Source: Candidatus Latescibacterota bacterium
GTDB lineage: Bacteria; Latescibacterota; UBA2968; UBA8231
Length of the DNA: 64,000 bases
Direction of reading: 5' to 3'
NCBI GenBank assembly: GCA_965200315.1
Contig: OZ241362.1
Location: 3,168,001 to 3,232,000, forward strand
The notes beneath the pieces are model-generated. The model made no database searches and was not told the origin of the DNA. It saw only the letters and a list, made by a program, of their open reading frames with translations. Each line of letters opens with the position of its first letter. The first letter of the stretch is position 1. The position numbers and the translations under genes are program-made. This document shows, piece by piece, positions 1-9,116 of the stretch.

Positions 1-1182
1 CGCGATTCCGCTGCTGTACACTTGGTCGCGCTCCACTGTGCGGCCATCGGCCAGCGCGATGTGGCTGCGCATTCGCAGCGTGGCGTCGCCAAAGAGTTTT
101 TCAGTGGTTTCGAGGGAGTTGAACAAAACCGAGCGGACCAAGGACGCGCTTAGTTCGGGGTGGCGCAGCACCTCGCAGCGGAAGTTGTGACCGTCGGCCG
201 CCGATCGCAAGGCGACTCGCACTGGCAGCATGTCCGGCGCTTCGCCCAGCGTCCCGGCGATCGCGGGAAGGCGGTCTTGGCGCACTGCCCCCATTGCGCC
301 GGTCGGCGTCCCCAGCTTGAAGGAGAAGGTCTGGATGGGAATGACTTGGTGGATATAGGCACCAGTGGCGGGCAGGTTGGTGGCCCCCCAAAAAAACAGC
401 GGATGCCCAAAGCCGACGAAACGCCCGTCGCCGACCCAAGTAAGAGTGCCTATTGCCGCGGCGCTGTAATCGCCGCGGATTAGCTGCACGGCCAGCGAGG
501 CTCCAGGCGCAATGGACACCTCGTTTCGGCTGAGCTCTTGGTCGGACAGTTCCTGCCCTGTCGGGCTGTCCAAAAACTGGATGCCCGGCGCGTCGAGCGC
601 GTCGCGCAACACTTTCCGCCCCCGCGGACTGAAGCCAGCAACGGCTATGGGCATCCCCAGCGGCGCTAGGGTGCTGGCTTCGACGTTGAGCTCAGCCGAA
701 ACGACGCCCTCGCCGCCGAGCAGACGGGTAGTCTCTTCATCTAGTAGTTCTAATTCTAAGACTTTTCCGTGCTGGCTTGGCGCGGGATATTCGCGCGTGG
801 CGATGTCCAGCATGTGGGAGATGGGGGTGATGCCGCCGATGGGATCCTTGGAAAAGTACCAGCCATAAGCGATGGCACCGATGAGCCGTCCGTCGATGTA
901 CACCGGGCTGCCGCTCATGCCCCTTATTATGCCCGTGTGTGCCAACGGGCCGCCGGAGAGCCGTGCGAGGATCATGTCCATGCGCGGCCCCAAGGCCCCT
1001 TTTAGCACTCCCAAAATTTCGACTTGGAAGGTGTCGATCTCAGTGCCTTGAAAGGTTGTCAACCCAAAGCCGCTCATGCCGCGGCGCAACTCGCTTGGCT
1101 CCATGAAAGGTTGTGCGCGGAGTGCGGGAACAGCCAAGAGCAACGACGCTAGTGCAACTAGTATGCGAAATGAGGTCTGCAC
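1..1182 (-). CDS. SpoIVB peptidase S55-domain protein with signal peptide (C-terminus runs off window)
   Basis: Not in ORF track; manual translation from GTG at 1182: VQTSFRILVALASLLLAVPALRAQPFMEPSELRRGMSGFGLTTFQG...GIIRGMSGSPVYIDGRLIGAIAYG (GMSGSP catalytic-Ser motif of S55). Confidence 0.85.
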   Translation of the reverse strand, partial: MQTSFRILVALASLLLAVPALRAQPFMEPSELRRGMSGFGLTTFQGTEIDTFQVEILGVLKGALGPRMDMILARLSGGPLAHTGIIRGMSGSPVYIDGRLIGAIAYGWYFSKDPIGGITPISHMLDIATREYPAPSQHGKVLELELLDEETTRLLGGEGVVSAELNVEASTLAPLGMPIAVAGFSPRGRKVLRDALDAPGIQFLDSPTGQELSDQELSRNEVSIAPGASLAVQLIRGDYSAAAIGTLTWVGDGRFVGFGHPLFFWGATNLPATGAYIHQVIPIQTFSFKLGTPTGAMGAVRQDRLPAIAGTLGEAPDMLPVRVALRSAADGHNFRCEVLRHPELSASLVRSVLFNSLETTEKLFGDATLRMRSHIALADGRTVERDQVYSSGIA

Positions 1183-1399
1183 GACCTTTTGCTTGCCTTT
1201 CCCTCAGAGAAAAGAATGAAAAAACCTATACTTGGGCTAGGGAAAAGTCAAGGTAAGCCAAGCGATTATAGGCGTTGTAACATTTTGTTTGACAATAAGT
1301 TGCCTCTTTTGGAGATTTGCGGCAGTCCCTTGACAAACTTCGCGCTAGACGCCATTACTGTTGCTCTTGCAACCACCTACATGCCAATAGGAGAAGATC

Positions 1400-2404
1400 A
1401 TGCTGAATATCGGTTTTATCGGCTGCGGCGGCATCGCCCGCCATCACGCTAGCTGCTTATCCCAAATCCGGGGTGCGCGCATTGTCGCGGCTGCGGATGT
1501 CGTGGCCGACGCGGCCGCGGCTTTCGCCCGCGACTTTGGAGCCGAACACCACTTCGCGGACTTTCGAGCGCTGCTCGACCTGCCCGAGATCGACGCGGTG
1601 TGGGTCTGCACCCCCACCTTCCAGCACCCCGCCCCGGTCATCGCCGCAGCCAAAGCTGGCAAGCACGTCTTCTGCGAGAAGCCTATGGCGCTGAAGGTGG
1701 CTGATGCGCGGCGCATGGCGAATGCTTGCCGCCAAGCCGACGTGCGGCTGACCATTGGTTTCGTGCGCCGCTTTGACGCTCAGTGGGGCAAACTCAAGGA
1801 GGTCGTCCAATCCGGTGCCGTCGGCTCGCCGGTCATCTGGCGCTTTGCTGCGGGGGGGCGTCCAGGCCGCCCGTGGTTCCGCGATGTGAACAAAGGCGGC
1901 GGCCCGCTGATGGACGGTGCCGTGCATAACTACGATTTCGCCTTGCAGATTTTCGGCCCGGCCGCTTCGGCCCAAGCCTCTTCTCTGCAATTCGATCCCA
2001 CCAGCGTCGGTGCTGACACCGCCAGCGTTATCATCAACTTTGCCAGCGGCGACCAGCACTCCTTGATCTGGTCTTGGGGCGTGGCCGCTGGCGCACCCGT
2101 GGCGAGCCTCAACGATGTGATTGGCCCGGCCGGCACCCTGCAATTCGGCATGACCGCGCAAAAGGCCCCGGCGCGCTTCAACCCGCAAAAAAGTGGTGCC
2201 TTCACGCTCAAGCTGGGCGAAGGCCGCGAGCGGGTGTACACCTATCCGCTCAAGGACATGTTCGCCGAACAGGACAAACACGTGGTCAAGTGCTTTGCCA
2301 AGGGCGAACAGCCCTTAGTAACGGGGGAAGATGGGATCGCCGCCTTGGAGGTTGCGACGGCTGTGTTGCGGGCTGGGAGGGGGCAGCGGACGGTTAGGAT
2401 CTGA
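1400..2404 (+). CDS. Gfo/Idh/MocA family oxidoreductase
   Basis: IGFIGCGGIA Rossmann motif, HVFCEKP motif, GGGPLMDGAVH. Confidence 0.92.
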   Translation: MLNIGFIGCGGIARHHASCLSQIRGARIVAAADVVADAAAAFARDFGAEHHFADFRALLDLPEIDAVWVCTPTFQHPAPVIAAAKAGKHVFCEKPMALKVADARRMANACRQADVRLTIGFVRRFDAQWGKLKEVVQSGAVGSPVIWRFAAGGRPGRPWFRDVNKGGGPLMDGAVHNYDFALQIFGPAASAQASSLQFDPTSVGADTASVIINFASGDQHSLIWSWGVAAGAPVASLNDVIGPAGTLQFGMTAQKAPARFNPQKSGAFTLKLGEGRERVYTYPLKDMFAEQDKHVVKCFAKGEQPLVTGEDGIAALEVATAVLRAGRGQRTVRI

Positions 2405-2433
2405 CGCGAGAGAACTTCCGCGCCGCTCGCTTC

Positions 2434-2461
2434 ATAGGGCGTCCACAAGGGGACGCCCTAT
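2434..2461. repeat. REP-like palindrome / bidirectional terminator between convergent genes
   Basis: ATAGGGCGTCC-ACAAGG-GGACGCCCTAT, perfect 11-bp stem. Confidence 0.6.
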
Positions 2462-2486
2462 ATCATTCCTTTCATAGAAACCAGCT

Positions 2487-2866
2487 TTAATTCTGCACGA
2501 CTAAGGCAGCAACCTGTTCGGCCAGCCGGATCGCCTTCTTGTTTCTACATCGGGGTCTTCTGATCCCCCCATCGGATAGCGCACCGTCGTCCCATACTCG
2601 CCTAAAATTTCGGCAGCCGACATCAATTCTTCAAAGGCAGGTTCGTGTGTCGTGCATAACTGCGTAAGATAAACGAGATCATGTACAAAGCGGAAAGGCA
2701 CTGATTGAGCGATCAGATAGCCCTTCAGATATTTCTCGGCGCATTGTTGGGCGTGATAGCAGACCATCTCCGGGAGGAGCTTTTTTGGCCCCAACGCCCG
2801 ACGAGCCATCTCCAGATCTTGATCGGCCTTCTCGAACCATTTTCGTTCAGGCGACACGCCGCTCAT
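2487..2866 (-). pseudogene. HEPN-domain toxin, frameshifted near C-terminus
   Basis: CYHAQQCAEKYLK, HDL and RYP HEPN motifs; the typical final helix KKAIRLAEQVAALVVQN* lies in another frame after ~2541 (stop 2487-2489). Confidence 0.75.
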
Positions 2867-3197
2867 ACAGCACTTTCCCCTCTTTTAGCACCTTGTAGAT
2901 CAAGGAATACGGGTCATTGCGCTGCTCGGCTAGGACTTCTGGAGAGCGGATAACCACATCGACGGGCAAGATGAAACGCTCGGCAATCGCCCGACGAATC
3001 GGATTGCCGTGCTGTGGTGGTCCTGCATCTGCACGAAACACGACCAGCAGATCTACATCGCTGTGCGCTCCAATCTCTCCGCGAGCATGGCTGCCGAAGA
3101 GAATGATTTGTTCAGGATCAAAGCGTTCAACAATTAGTTGTGTTATGGCTTGGATGGAGGTGCTGTCGATATGGGATTCAATGGCATTCATAAGCAC
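2847..3197 (-). CDS. Minimal nucleotidyltransferase (MNT antitoxin of HEPN-MNT pair)
   Basis: IILFGSHARG...SDVDLLVV Pol-beta motif, directly upstream of HEPN. Confidence 0.9.
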   Translation of the reverse strand: MLMNAIESHIDSTSIQAITQLIVERFDPEQIILFGSHARGEIGAHSDVDLLVVFRADAGPPQHGNPIRRAIAERFILPVDVVIRSPEVLAEQRNDPYSLIYKVLKEGKVLYERRVA

Positions 3198-3328
3198 CTC
3201 TTGCTTCGGAAATTCATCAAGACTGGCAGCCTCAATGTGTAAGCCCTCAATGTCGCTTTGGGCACAGAAAACCTGTGCCTTATTTTATGCACTTTCGCTT
3301 CCAAGCGATTTAACTCTTTGGCAGTCAT
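3198..3328 (-). pseudogene. DUF1902 / HicB-like fragment
   Basis: MTAKELNRLEAKVH, then a frameshift to AQVFCAQSDIEGLHIEAASLDEF (DUF1902-like signature); truncated. Confidence 0.55.
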
Positions 3329-3347
3329 ACCCCAAGAAGAAGCTAAC

Positions 3348-4472
3348 CTACCAGTCCACGACCGACCCGTCGTCGGGATCCAAGCGAGCTCGATAGGGAC
3401 TCGGTTCGCCGACTTGGGCCATGAGCTTGTCTTCGTCGATGGTGATGCCGAGGCCGGGCTCTGTGGGCAGAGGCCGATGGCCGTTGGCGACCGGTGGCAA
3501 GGGTTTGGCCAGCAGGTCCGCGTATTCGTTGTCGCCGCGCTCTTGGATGAGAAAGTTGGGGATGGAAGCGGCGACCTGTAGACTCGCGGCAAGCGAACAG
3601 GGGCCTTGGGGGTTGTGCGGGGCCAGCGGCGAGTAGTAGGCCTCGGCCATGCCGGCGATGATCTTCAATTCGGTGATGCCACCGGCATAGCAAACGTCCG
3701 GTTGGAGGATGTGGGCGGCGCGTTTTTCGAGGATTTCCTTGAATCCCCACTTGGTAAAGATGCGTTCACCCGTGGCAATGGGGATGTGGGTTTTTGCGGC
3801 GATTTCGGCCATGACGTCGACGTTGAGGGCCTGGACGATTTCCTCGTAGAACCAAGGATGATACGGTTCGAGTGCCTTGACGAGCAGTAGGGCGGTAGGG
3901 GGCTGCACTGCGCCGTGAAAGTCAACGGCGATATCGACGCCGGAGCCGTGTTGTTCGCGCAGCGCCTTGAAACGCTCGACGATCTCATCGACGAATTTTT
4001 GGCCCTCGATGTATCTGAAGGGGGAACGCGACGTGCCCGGCCCCACCTTCATGGCGTTGACGCCGGTCTTCTCACTCACTTCGCCGTAAACCCGAACCCG
4101 CTCGCGCGTGGGGCCGCCGAGCAGTTTGTACACGGGCACACCATAGCATTTGCCGGCAATGTCCCAAAGGGCCATGTCAATGCCGGAGGAAATGGCGGTT
4201 TTGATCGGGCCGCCGCGATAGAAGGCACCGCGATGGATGGCCTGCCAGTGGTGAGTGACTGGGCGCGGATCCTTGCCCACTAGGTAGTCGGCGACTTCGA
4301 GCGCGCCGGCGGCACAGGCCCTGGCGTCGTCCTTGAGCATCTCGCCCCAACCAGTGATGCCTGCGTCCGTGGAGAGCTTGACGAAGACCCAGGAGTTTTT
4401 GAGAACGAATGTCTCGATCTTGGTGACTTTAATCGCATCGTTGGGACTGATGGGATCTGTAGTGCTCGACAT
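3348..4472 (-). CDS. dgoD: Galactonate dehydratase-like mandelate racemase/enolase superfamily protein
   Basis: GIDMALWDIAGK...LLGGPTRE, VDFHG, IATGER, LQPD, APHNPQGP, C-terminal DDGSVVDW. Confidence 0.8.
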   Translation of the reverse strand: MSSTTDPISPNDAIKVTKIETFVLKNSWVFVKLSTDAGITGWGEMLKDDARACAAGALEVADYLVGKDPRPVTHHWQAIHRGAFYRGGPIKTAISSGIDMALWDIAGKCYGVPVYKLLGGPTRERVRVYGEVSEKTGVNAMKVGPGTSRSPFRYIEGQKFVDEIVERFKALREQHGSGVDIAVDFHGAVQPPTALLLVKALEPYHPWFYEEIVQALNVDVMAEIAAKTHIPIATGERIFTKWGFKEILEKRAAHILQPDVCYAGGITELKIIAGMAEAYYSPLAPHNPQGPCSLAASLQVAASIPNFLIQERGDNEYADLLAKPLPPVANGHRPLPTEPGLGITIDEDKLMAQVGEPSPYRARLDPDDGSVVDW

Positions 4473-4507
4473 GGCGGTAAACCTTTGGTTACAGGGTGAT
4501 CGTTTGC

Positions 4508-4615
4508 TATAGCAATCCTACATCATTCACAAGATAATCCGCAGATGAACGCAGAATAGTAGAAACAAGACGATCGGCATCTTGAATCGTTCAAGTCATC
4601 TAGGATTGCTCTATA
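4508..4615. mobile_element. MITE with IS630/Tc1-type TATAGCAATCCTA termini
   Basis: Left TATAGCAATCCTAC (4508-4521), right TAGGATTGCTCTATA (4601-4615); noncoding interior. Confidence 0.65.
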
Positions 4616-4662
4616 TGGACGGTCCTTCACGGGCAGGATGAACGGAGTTATCAGCTCGCGGG

Positions 4663-5673
4663 TCAAGGGCTGTGGGGCGCAGTAGATGCAACCGAAGTTG
4701 CGCTGGCAATGCGCCAGCGTCCGTCGAGATCACAGGCTTCGTAGAACATGCGGAAGCGGCCGTCGGCGAGGTCAATCACACACGGCTCTGATGCCTTGGC
4801 GGCGTCCCATGGTCCCCCATTGTCAATGCAGATTCCCGGGTCCTTGACCCACTGCAGACCGTCCGCGGAAAATGCGCTGAATATTCTGCCGTGATACTTT
4901 GATCCACGGGGGACCTCCGGAGCCGACGTCCAGCCTGCGTAGTACATGCGGAAGCCGCCCTCGCCTAGGCGCAAAACCTCCGGGGCATAGACGGCATAGC
5001 TTTCGAGCGCTCGGTCTTGGGGTATGCAAACGCCGGGCTCCAACTCGAACGTTAGGCCATCTTCTGACACGGCGCTGACGATATTCTTGTTGTTGTAAGC
5101 AACATCTGGATAGGGATAGGCACTGGCGTAGAGACGAAAGCGGGAGCCGTCCTTTTCTGCGGCCGGGTCGAGGTGAAGGCATCGAGGTGCCAGATAGGAG
5201 ACGCTTGCTCCGGCTAGGCGTAGGCCCGGCTCTCGTTCCCAGACCAGACCGTCGGCGGAAACAGAACTCACAATTGCGGCCTTGACTTGGCCATCCCCCT
5301 TCTCGGTCTTCCCCTCGTAATACATGCGGTAGCGGCCATCCGCTAGCGGAATGACGTCCGGGCTCCAGATGTAGTGCTCGGCACCATCCCCGCCCGCATC
5401 CATTCTGACACCCGGCTCCTTCTCCCAGTGCTCGGCATCGGTGGAGAAGGCACTCAGGATGTAACCCTTTGAAGCCGCGTTTGGACGCTCCGGCCCGAGG
5501 CCGTGATAGTACATGCGGTATCCGCCGTCCATTTTGACCACGTTCGGAGTGAGGGTTCGGGCCGAATCGAGCGGTCCGTCGGAATCGATGGCAACGTCAG
5601 CGTCCTTGATCCACTGAGTTCCGGGATCCGCGTCCTGATAGTGGACGGCTCTCAGCATGTTTGCAGATGTCAT
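4663..5673 (-). CDS. Five-bladed beta-propeller glycoside hydrolase-like protein (GH43/32/130-like)
   Basis: Repeated P.V...dG.yRMYY.G...I.SA.S.DGL.W..epG blades. Confidence 0.75.
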   Translation of the reverse strand: MTSANMLRAVHYQDADPGTQWIKDADVAIDSDGPLDSARTLTPNVVKMDGGYRMYYHGLGPERPNAASKGYILSAFSTDAEHWEKEPGVRMDAGGDGAEHYIWSPDVIPLADGRYRMYYEGKTEKGDGQVKAAIVSSVSADGLVWEREPGLRLAGASVSYLAPRCLHLDPAAEKDGSRFRLYASAYPYPDVAYNNKNIVSAVSEDGLTFELEPGVCIPQDRALESYAVYAPEVLRLGEGGFRMYYAGWTSAPEVPRGSKYHGRIFSAFSADGLQWVKDPGICIDNGGPWDAAKASEPCVIDLADGRFRMFYEACDLDGRWRIASATSVASTAPHSP

Positions 5674-5681
5674 TGCGGTTG

Positions 5682-6464
5682 CTATTTGCGGCCCCCAACC
5701 CGATAGCTACTCGCCGTATAGGTCAAAGTCTGCCCAGGCTGCATTTCTACCACCTGCGTATTCGGCGAGAGGAATTGTACCGCTTCGCTCAATGCGCCGA
5801 TGTCGGCCGGCTGATTCATAATCGGCCCGTAGTGGCAGGGAATGACGATGTCGGGGCGGATCAGGCTCGCCGCCCGCGCTGCCTCGCGGATCCCCATTGT
5901 GTACTGCCCGCCCACTGGCATAATCGCGATCTGTGGTCCGTACATCTGACCGATGAGCTGCATATCGCTGAACAGACAGGTATCAGAGGTGTCGTATATG
6001 GAGATGCCGTTTTTGTAGGCCACGACAAAGCCATTGACCGCGCTGTCGGGGTGGAAGAGCAATCCCGTCGGCAGCTCGCCGCCGATGACGTGCGGCGATA
6101 GCGACTGCGAGTGATGGCCCTGTACCATGGTGATCGTGGCGTCTTTGACCTTGACCTCGCCGCCGGGGTTCATCGACAGCGCCCGCGAGCCCATCTTGAG
6201 CCCATGCACTGCCTCGGCGACCGAGCAAAGCTCGTAGTTGCCGACGAACTTGGCCTTGGTGCGTTTGCAGATCTCGTAGGAATCGCCGATGTGATCGCTG
6301 TGGCCGTGGGTGGCGATGACGATATCGGCTTCTTTAACTTGGCTGAGCTTCATCTTGGCGGTGGGATTGTCGTCGAGCCAAGCGTCGAAGTAGGTTATCG
6401 AGCCTTTGTCGGACTCGAAGCGGAAAGAAGCGTGGCCGATAAAGGTGATCTTCACGGATGCCAT
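5682..6464 (-). CDS. Metal-dependent hydrolase, MBL fold (UPF0173)
   Basis: ITFIGHASF, THGHSDH, IPCHY motifs. Confidence 0.9.
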   Translation of the reverse strand: MASVKITFIGHASFRFESDKGSITYFDAWLDDNPTAKMKLSQVKEADIVIATHGHSDHIGDSYEICKRTKAKFVGNYELCSVAEAVHGLKMGSRALSMNPGGEVKVKDATITMVQGHHSQSLSPHVIGGELPTGLLFHPDSAVNGFVVAYKNGISIYDTSDTCLFSDMQLIGQMYGPQIAIMPVGGQYTMGIREAARAASLIRPDIVIPCHYGPIMNQPADIGALSEAVQFLSPNTQVVEMQPGQTLTYTASSYRVGGRK

Positions 6465-6481
6465 TAAGATGGTCCTTTCTG

Positions 6482-7300
6482 TTAGCGGTGGCTTAGATCG
6501 TCGCCGAGGTCCGTTGAGTCGAACTGCCCCTTCTCGGCGCAGACGGCGACGACCAGCAATTCGAGGTTTTCTTGCGTGTGGTTATAGAGGCCGTGGCTGC
6601 CCCCCAGCCGGTTGGGAATCGCGTCCCACTGCGCGACCTCCTGAGTCTCCCCGTCCACTGTCATTCGCCCGCTTCCCTCGATGATGATATAGACCTCCTC
6701 GACGCCTTCGTGGCGATGGTAGCCAAGCGACGTGCGCGGCGGCAACAGACAGTGATCCAAACAGTAAAAATTGCTGCGGAAATCCTCCGGCCCCCAGATG
6801 CGCCGACCGCCGACTTCGCCCTTGCCGCCGTGCGCTTGGCCGTATTTCAGTGCAGCGCGGTCCAGCCGCCCCACCGGCAGGCGGTCGGTGGATTCCAGCT
6901 CCGCACCGACCCGGTCGTCGCCCAAGTCGGTCGATTGGGGGTTGCCTCCGGGAACCACGCAGTGAACGTTGAACCAGCGGGTCTCGCGGTCGGTGTGGTT
7001 GTAGATGGCGTGGATCTCGCCCGAGCGCAGAGGCACTGTGGCCCCGCCCTCGACTACGGCCGTGCGCCCGTTGTGGGTGAACTGCGAGGCGTTGTCAACG
7101 GCGATGAAAATCTCCTCGCTATCGTCGTGGCGGTGATAGCCAATCCCGCCGCCGGGTAGGAGGACCGCGCAGTGGACGAAGGCAAAGGGCGTCTCGAAAT
7201 CGGCGCGCTCCCACAGGCGGTTGAAGAGGATCGTCCCGGCGCCGCCGTGGACGTTGCTCAGCTCTTTCATGGCCGCACGGTCGGCTCTGGCTACGCGCAT
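6482..7300 (-). CDS. Bicupin domain protein
   Basis: Two cupin repeats (GYHRH..EE...H..YNHT). Confidence 0.85.
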   Translation of the reverse strand: MRVARADRAAMKELSNVHGGAGTILFNRLWERADFETPFAFVHCAVLLPGGGIGYHRHDDSEEIFIAVDNASQFTHNGRTAVVEGGATVPLRSGEIHAIYNHTDRETRWFNVHCVVPGGNPQSTDLGDDRVGAELESTDRLPVGRLDRAALKYGQAHGGKGEVGGRRIWGPEDFRSNFYCLDHCLLPPRTSLGYHRHEGVEEVYIIIEGSGRMTVDGETQEVAQWDAIPNRLGGSHGLYNHTQENLELLVVAVCAEKGQFDSTDLGDDLSHR

Positions 7301-7307
7301 GACGGCC

Positions 7308-7679
7308 TCATTTCTCGCGGTGAAAAAGCTGTAGGTTCAGTTGGTTCGGCCCCTCGAAGAACCCCAAGGTGATGCCGGTGCCCCCACCGACGGCAAAAGG
7401 CTCTTTGGTGATGGCAACCCCCTTGTCCTTCAACGCCTGTGCGCTGTCTTCTACGCTATCGACCTCAAAGGAGATGTGGTGGAAACCTGAGTCCTGCCCC
7501 ATGCTCTTTTGCGGCATAAGTTCCAGCAGGATTCCGCCGGCGTCGAGGAAGACATAGTCCTCGTCGTCCTCGTTGGCAAAGCGTTCCACCACAGTAAGCC
7601 CCAGTTTCTGGGTGTAGAACTCTACCGCTCCTTCGATGTCGTCGGTTATAACCGCGATTTTGTGGATTTTGTGTACCAT
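7308..7679 (-). CDS. VOC / glyoxalase family protein
   Basis: DIEGAVEFYTQKLGL, HHISFEVDSVE. Confidence 0.9.
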   Translation of the reverse strand: MVHKIHKIAVITDDIEGAVEFYTQKLGLTVVERFANEDDEDYVFLDAGGILLELMPQKSMGQDSGFHHISFEVDSVEDSAQALKDKGVAITKEPFAVGGGTGITLGFFEGPNQLNLQLFHREK

Positions 7680-7696
7680 CGAATTCCTCCTCGTCG

Positions 7697-8581
7697 TTAG
7701 CTAACCTGTTCGTGGTCGAGGTGCTTGCGCAGCCGCCGCCCGACCACGCCGATCTGGTGTTTGAAGTCTTGAAAAGTATAGCTCTGGTGAGATTTCCAGT
7801 AGGAGTTCCACAGTGCGTCGTCCTTGTCCTTGACCTCGGCTAGCTGCGTTAGCGAGCGGCCCAGTTCGGTGCGGCGGAAGTTGCGGTAGGCCTGCTCGGT
7901 CAGGTAGTAGCCGTATTGGGGATTGGCCACCTCATAGCCGTATTTAATCATGGAGCGTGGCTTGGCCGACCAATGCGCGGCGCGGGCGTGGAGAATCGAG
8001 GGAAAAGTCACGGCGAGGGCACCGGCCTTGACGACCACTTTCTGCTGCCCGCGGATCCAGCCCAGCTTAGCGGTCTGCGGCGGCGTGTAGAGCCGCCGGT
8101 GGCTGCCGGGCAACAGCATGGTCGGCCCCATGTCTTCCTCCACGTCCTGCGGGTAGTACATGCACAAAATCTCGCTCAGCGGCCGGTCGGACATATAGGT
8201 ATCGTCCACGTGCCAGCCGCCGCCGTCGCTTTGGCCGCCTTGCGTAAGGTGGTTCCAGAAGCGGAAGGGGCTGACGGCCACCGCGGGCGTCTCCAGCAGG
8301 AAGGCGATGAATTCGATGACCTTGGCGTGGCAGAGCAAGTCGCCGATGCTCTCGCACTCGAAGATGTCGATGGAGCCGTACTGGTGATTATCGGCGGCAG
8401 CCGTATCAACCACGGCACCCCCGGTCTCGCACTCGAAGATGTCGATGGAGCCGTACTGGTGAGCGTCTTGCTTGGTCCGTTCCACCAGCTCAGGCTCGAT
8501 CCAGCCGTCGAGTATGACGTAGCCGGTATCGAAGAATTCTTTTTTGAGCTTTTTCCAGTTGGCTTCCATGGCCTCCTCCAT
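7697..8581 (-). CDS. Phytanoyl-CoA dioxygenase (PhyH) family protein with internal 25-aa duplication/insertion
   Basis: FFDTGYVIL, WHVD, GPTMLLPGSH, ILHAR; HQYGSIDIFECE occurs twice. Confidence 0.85.
   Translation of the reverse strand: MEEAMEANWKKLKKEFFDTGYVILDGWIEPELVERTKQDAHQYGSIDIFECETGGAVVDTAAADNHQYGSIDIFECESIGDLLCHAKVIEFIAFLLETPAVAVSPFRFWNHLTQGGQSDGGGWHVDDTYMSDRPLSEILCMYYPQDVEEDMGPTMLLPGSHRRLYTPPQTAKLGWIRGQQKVVVKAGALAVTFPSILHARAAHWSAKPRSMIKYGYEVANPQYGYYLTEQAYRNFRRTELGRSLTQLAEVKDKDDALWNSYWKSHQSYTFQDFKHQIGVVGRRLRKHLDHEQVS
8350..8462. repeat. 38-bp perfect direct repeat separated by 37-bp unique insert
   Basis: TCTCGCACTCGAAGATGTCGATGGAGCCGTACTGGTGA at 8350-8387 and 8425-8462. Confidence 0.95.
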
Positions 8582-8984
8582 TTATCGGCGCTGGCCGTGT
8601 GGCGTGAAATCCAACCCCTCGCCGGGCCGGAAGTAGTGCTCTAGGATAAACTCGAACCCGAGTTGGTTGTGGGCATTTTCCAGCGGGTACTCCACGGTCG
8701 GAAAAGATACCACCCGCCACCCATCGGCCATAGCCGCGGCCACGCTGGCATACGGACATTCGTTTTTGGGGTCGAAGCGGAACTCGCTAGCGAAGGGGCC
8801 GAAGTAGTTCCACGCGATGACGCCCGCGTCGATGCGGTCTTGATCGGCCCAGATTGTAGAGGAGGTGCTGCTGCTCGCCTTCTTGTAGGTCGCGCAGCGC
8901 GTCTAAGTCCTGCAAGGTGACGCCCGAGCCGCTTAAAATTTTCTCTTGCGACTGGCGTATCCAGCCGTCTATGGCAGTGGTCAT
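8582..8984 (-). pseudogene. Conserved hypothetical protein upstream of PhyH, +1 frameshift
   Basis: MTTAIDGW...QQHLLY [extra A ~8855] IWADQDRIDAGVIAWNY...PYASVAAAMADGWRVVSFP...LGFEFILE; span is 3n+1. Confidence 0.7.
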
Positions 8985-9116
8985 ATCGGCTCCGGTGGAT
9001 TCAAAATTCGGCAGCAAATATAGAGCGGGCGAACAAATCGCCGCAAGCTCGACAGGGCTTGGCCGCTGGTATCCGTGCCCCTATGTTCTGAAGCCCAACA
9101 AAATCAGGAGGCTGTC

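Noticed and set aside
8852-8858. Programmed ribosomal frameshift (also considered at 18590)
   Set aside because: No slippery heptamer or stimulatory structure; simple indels or sequencing error are more likely
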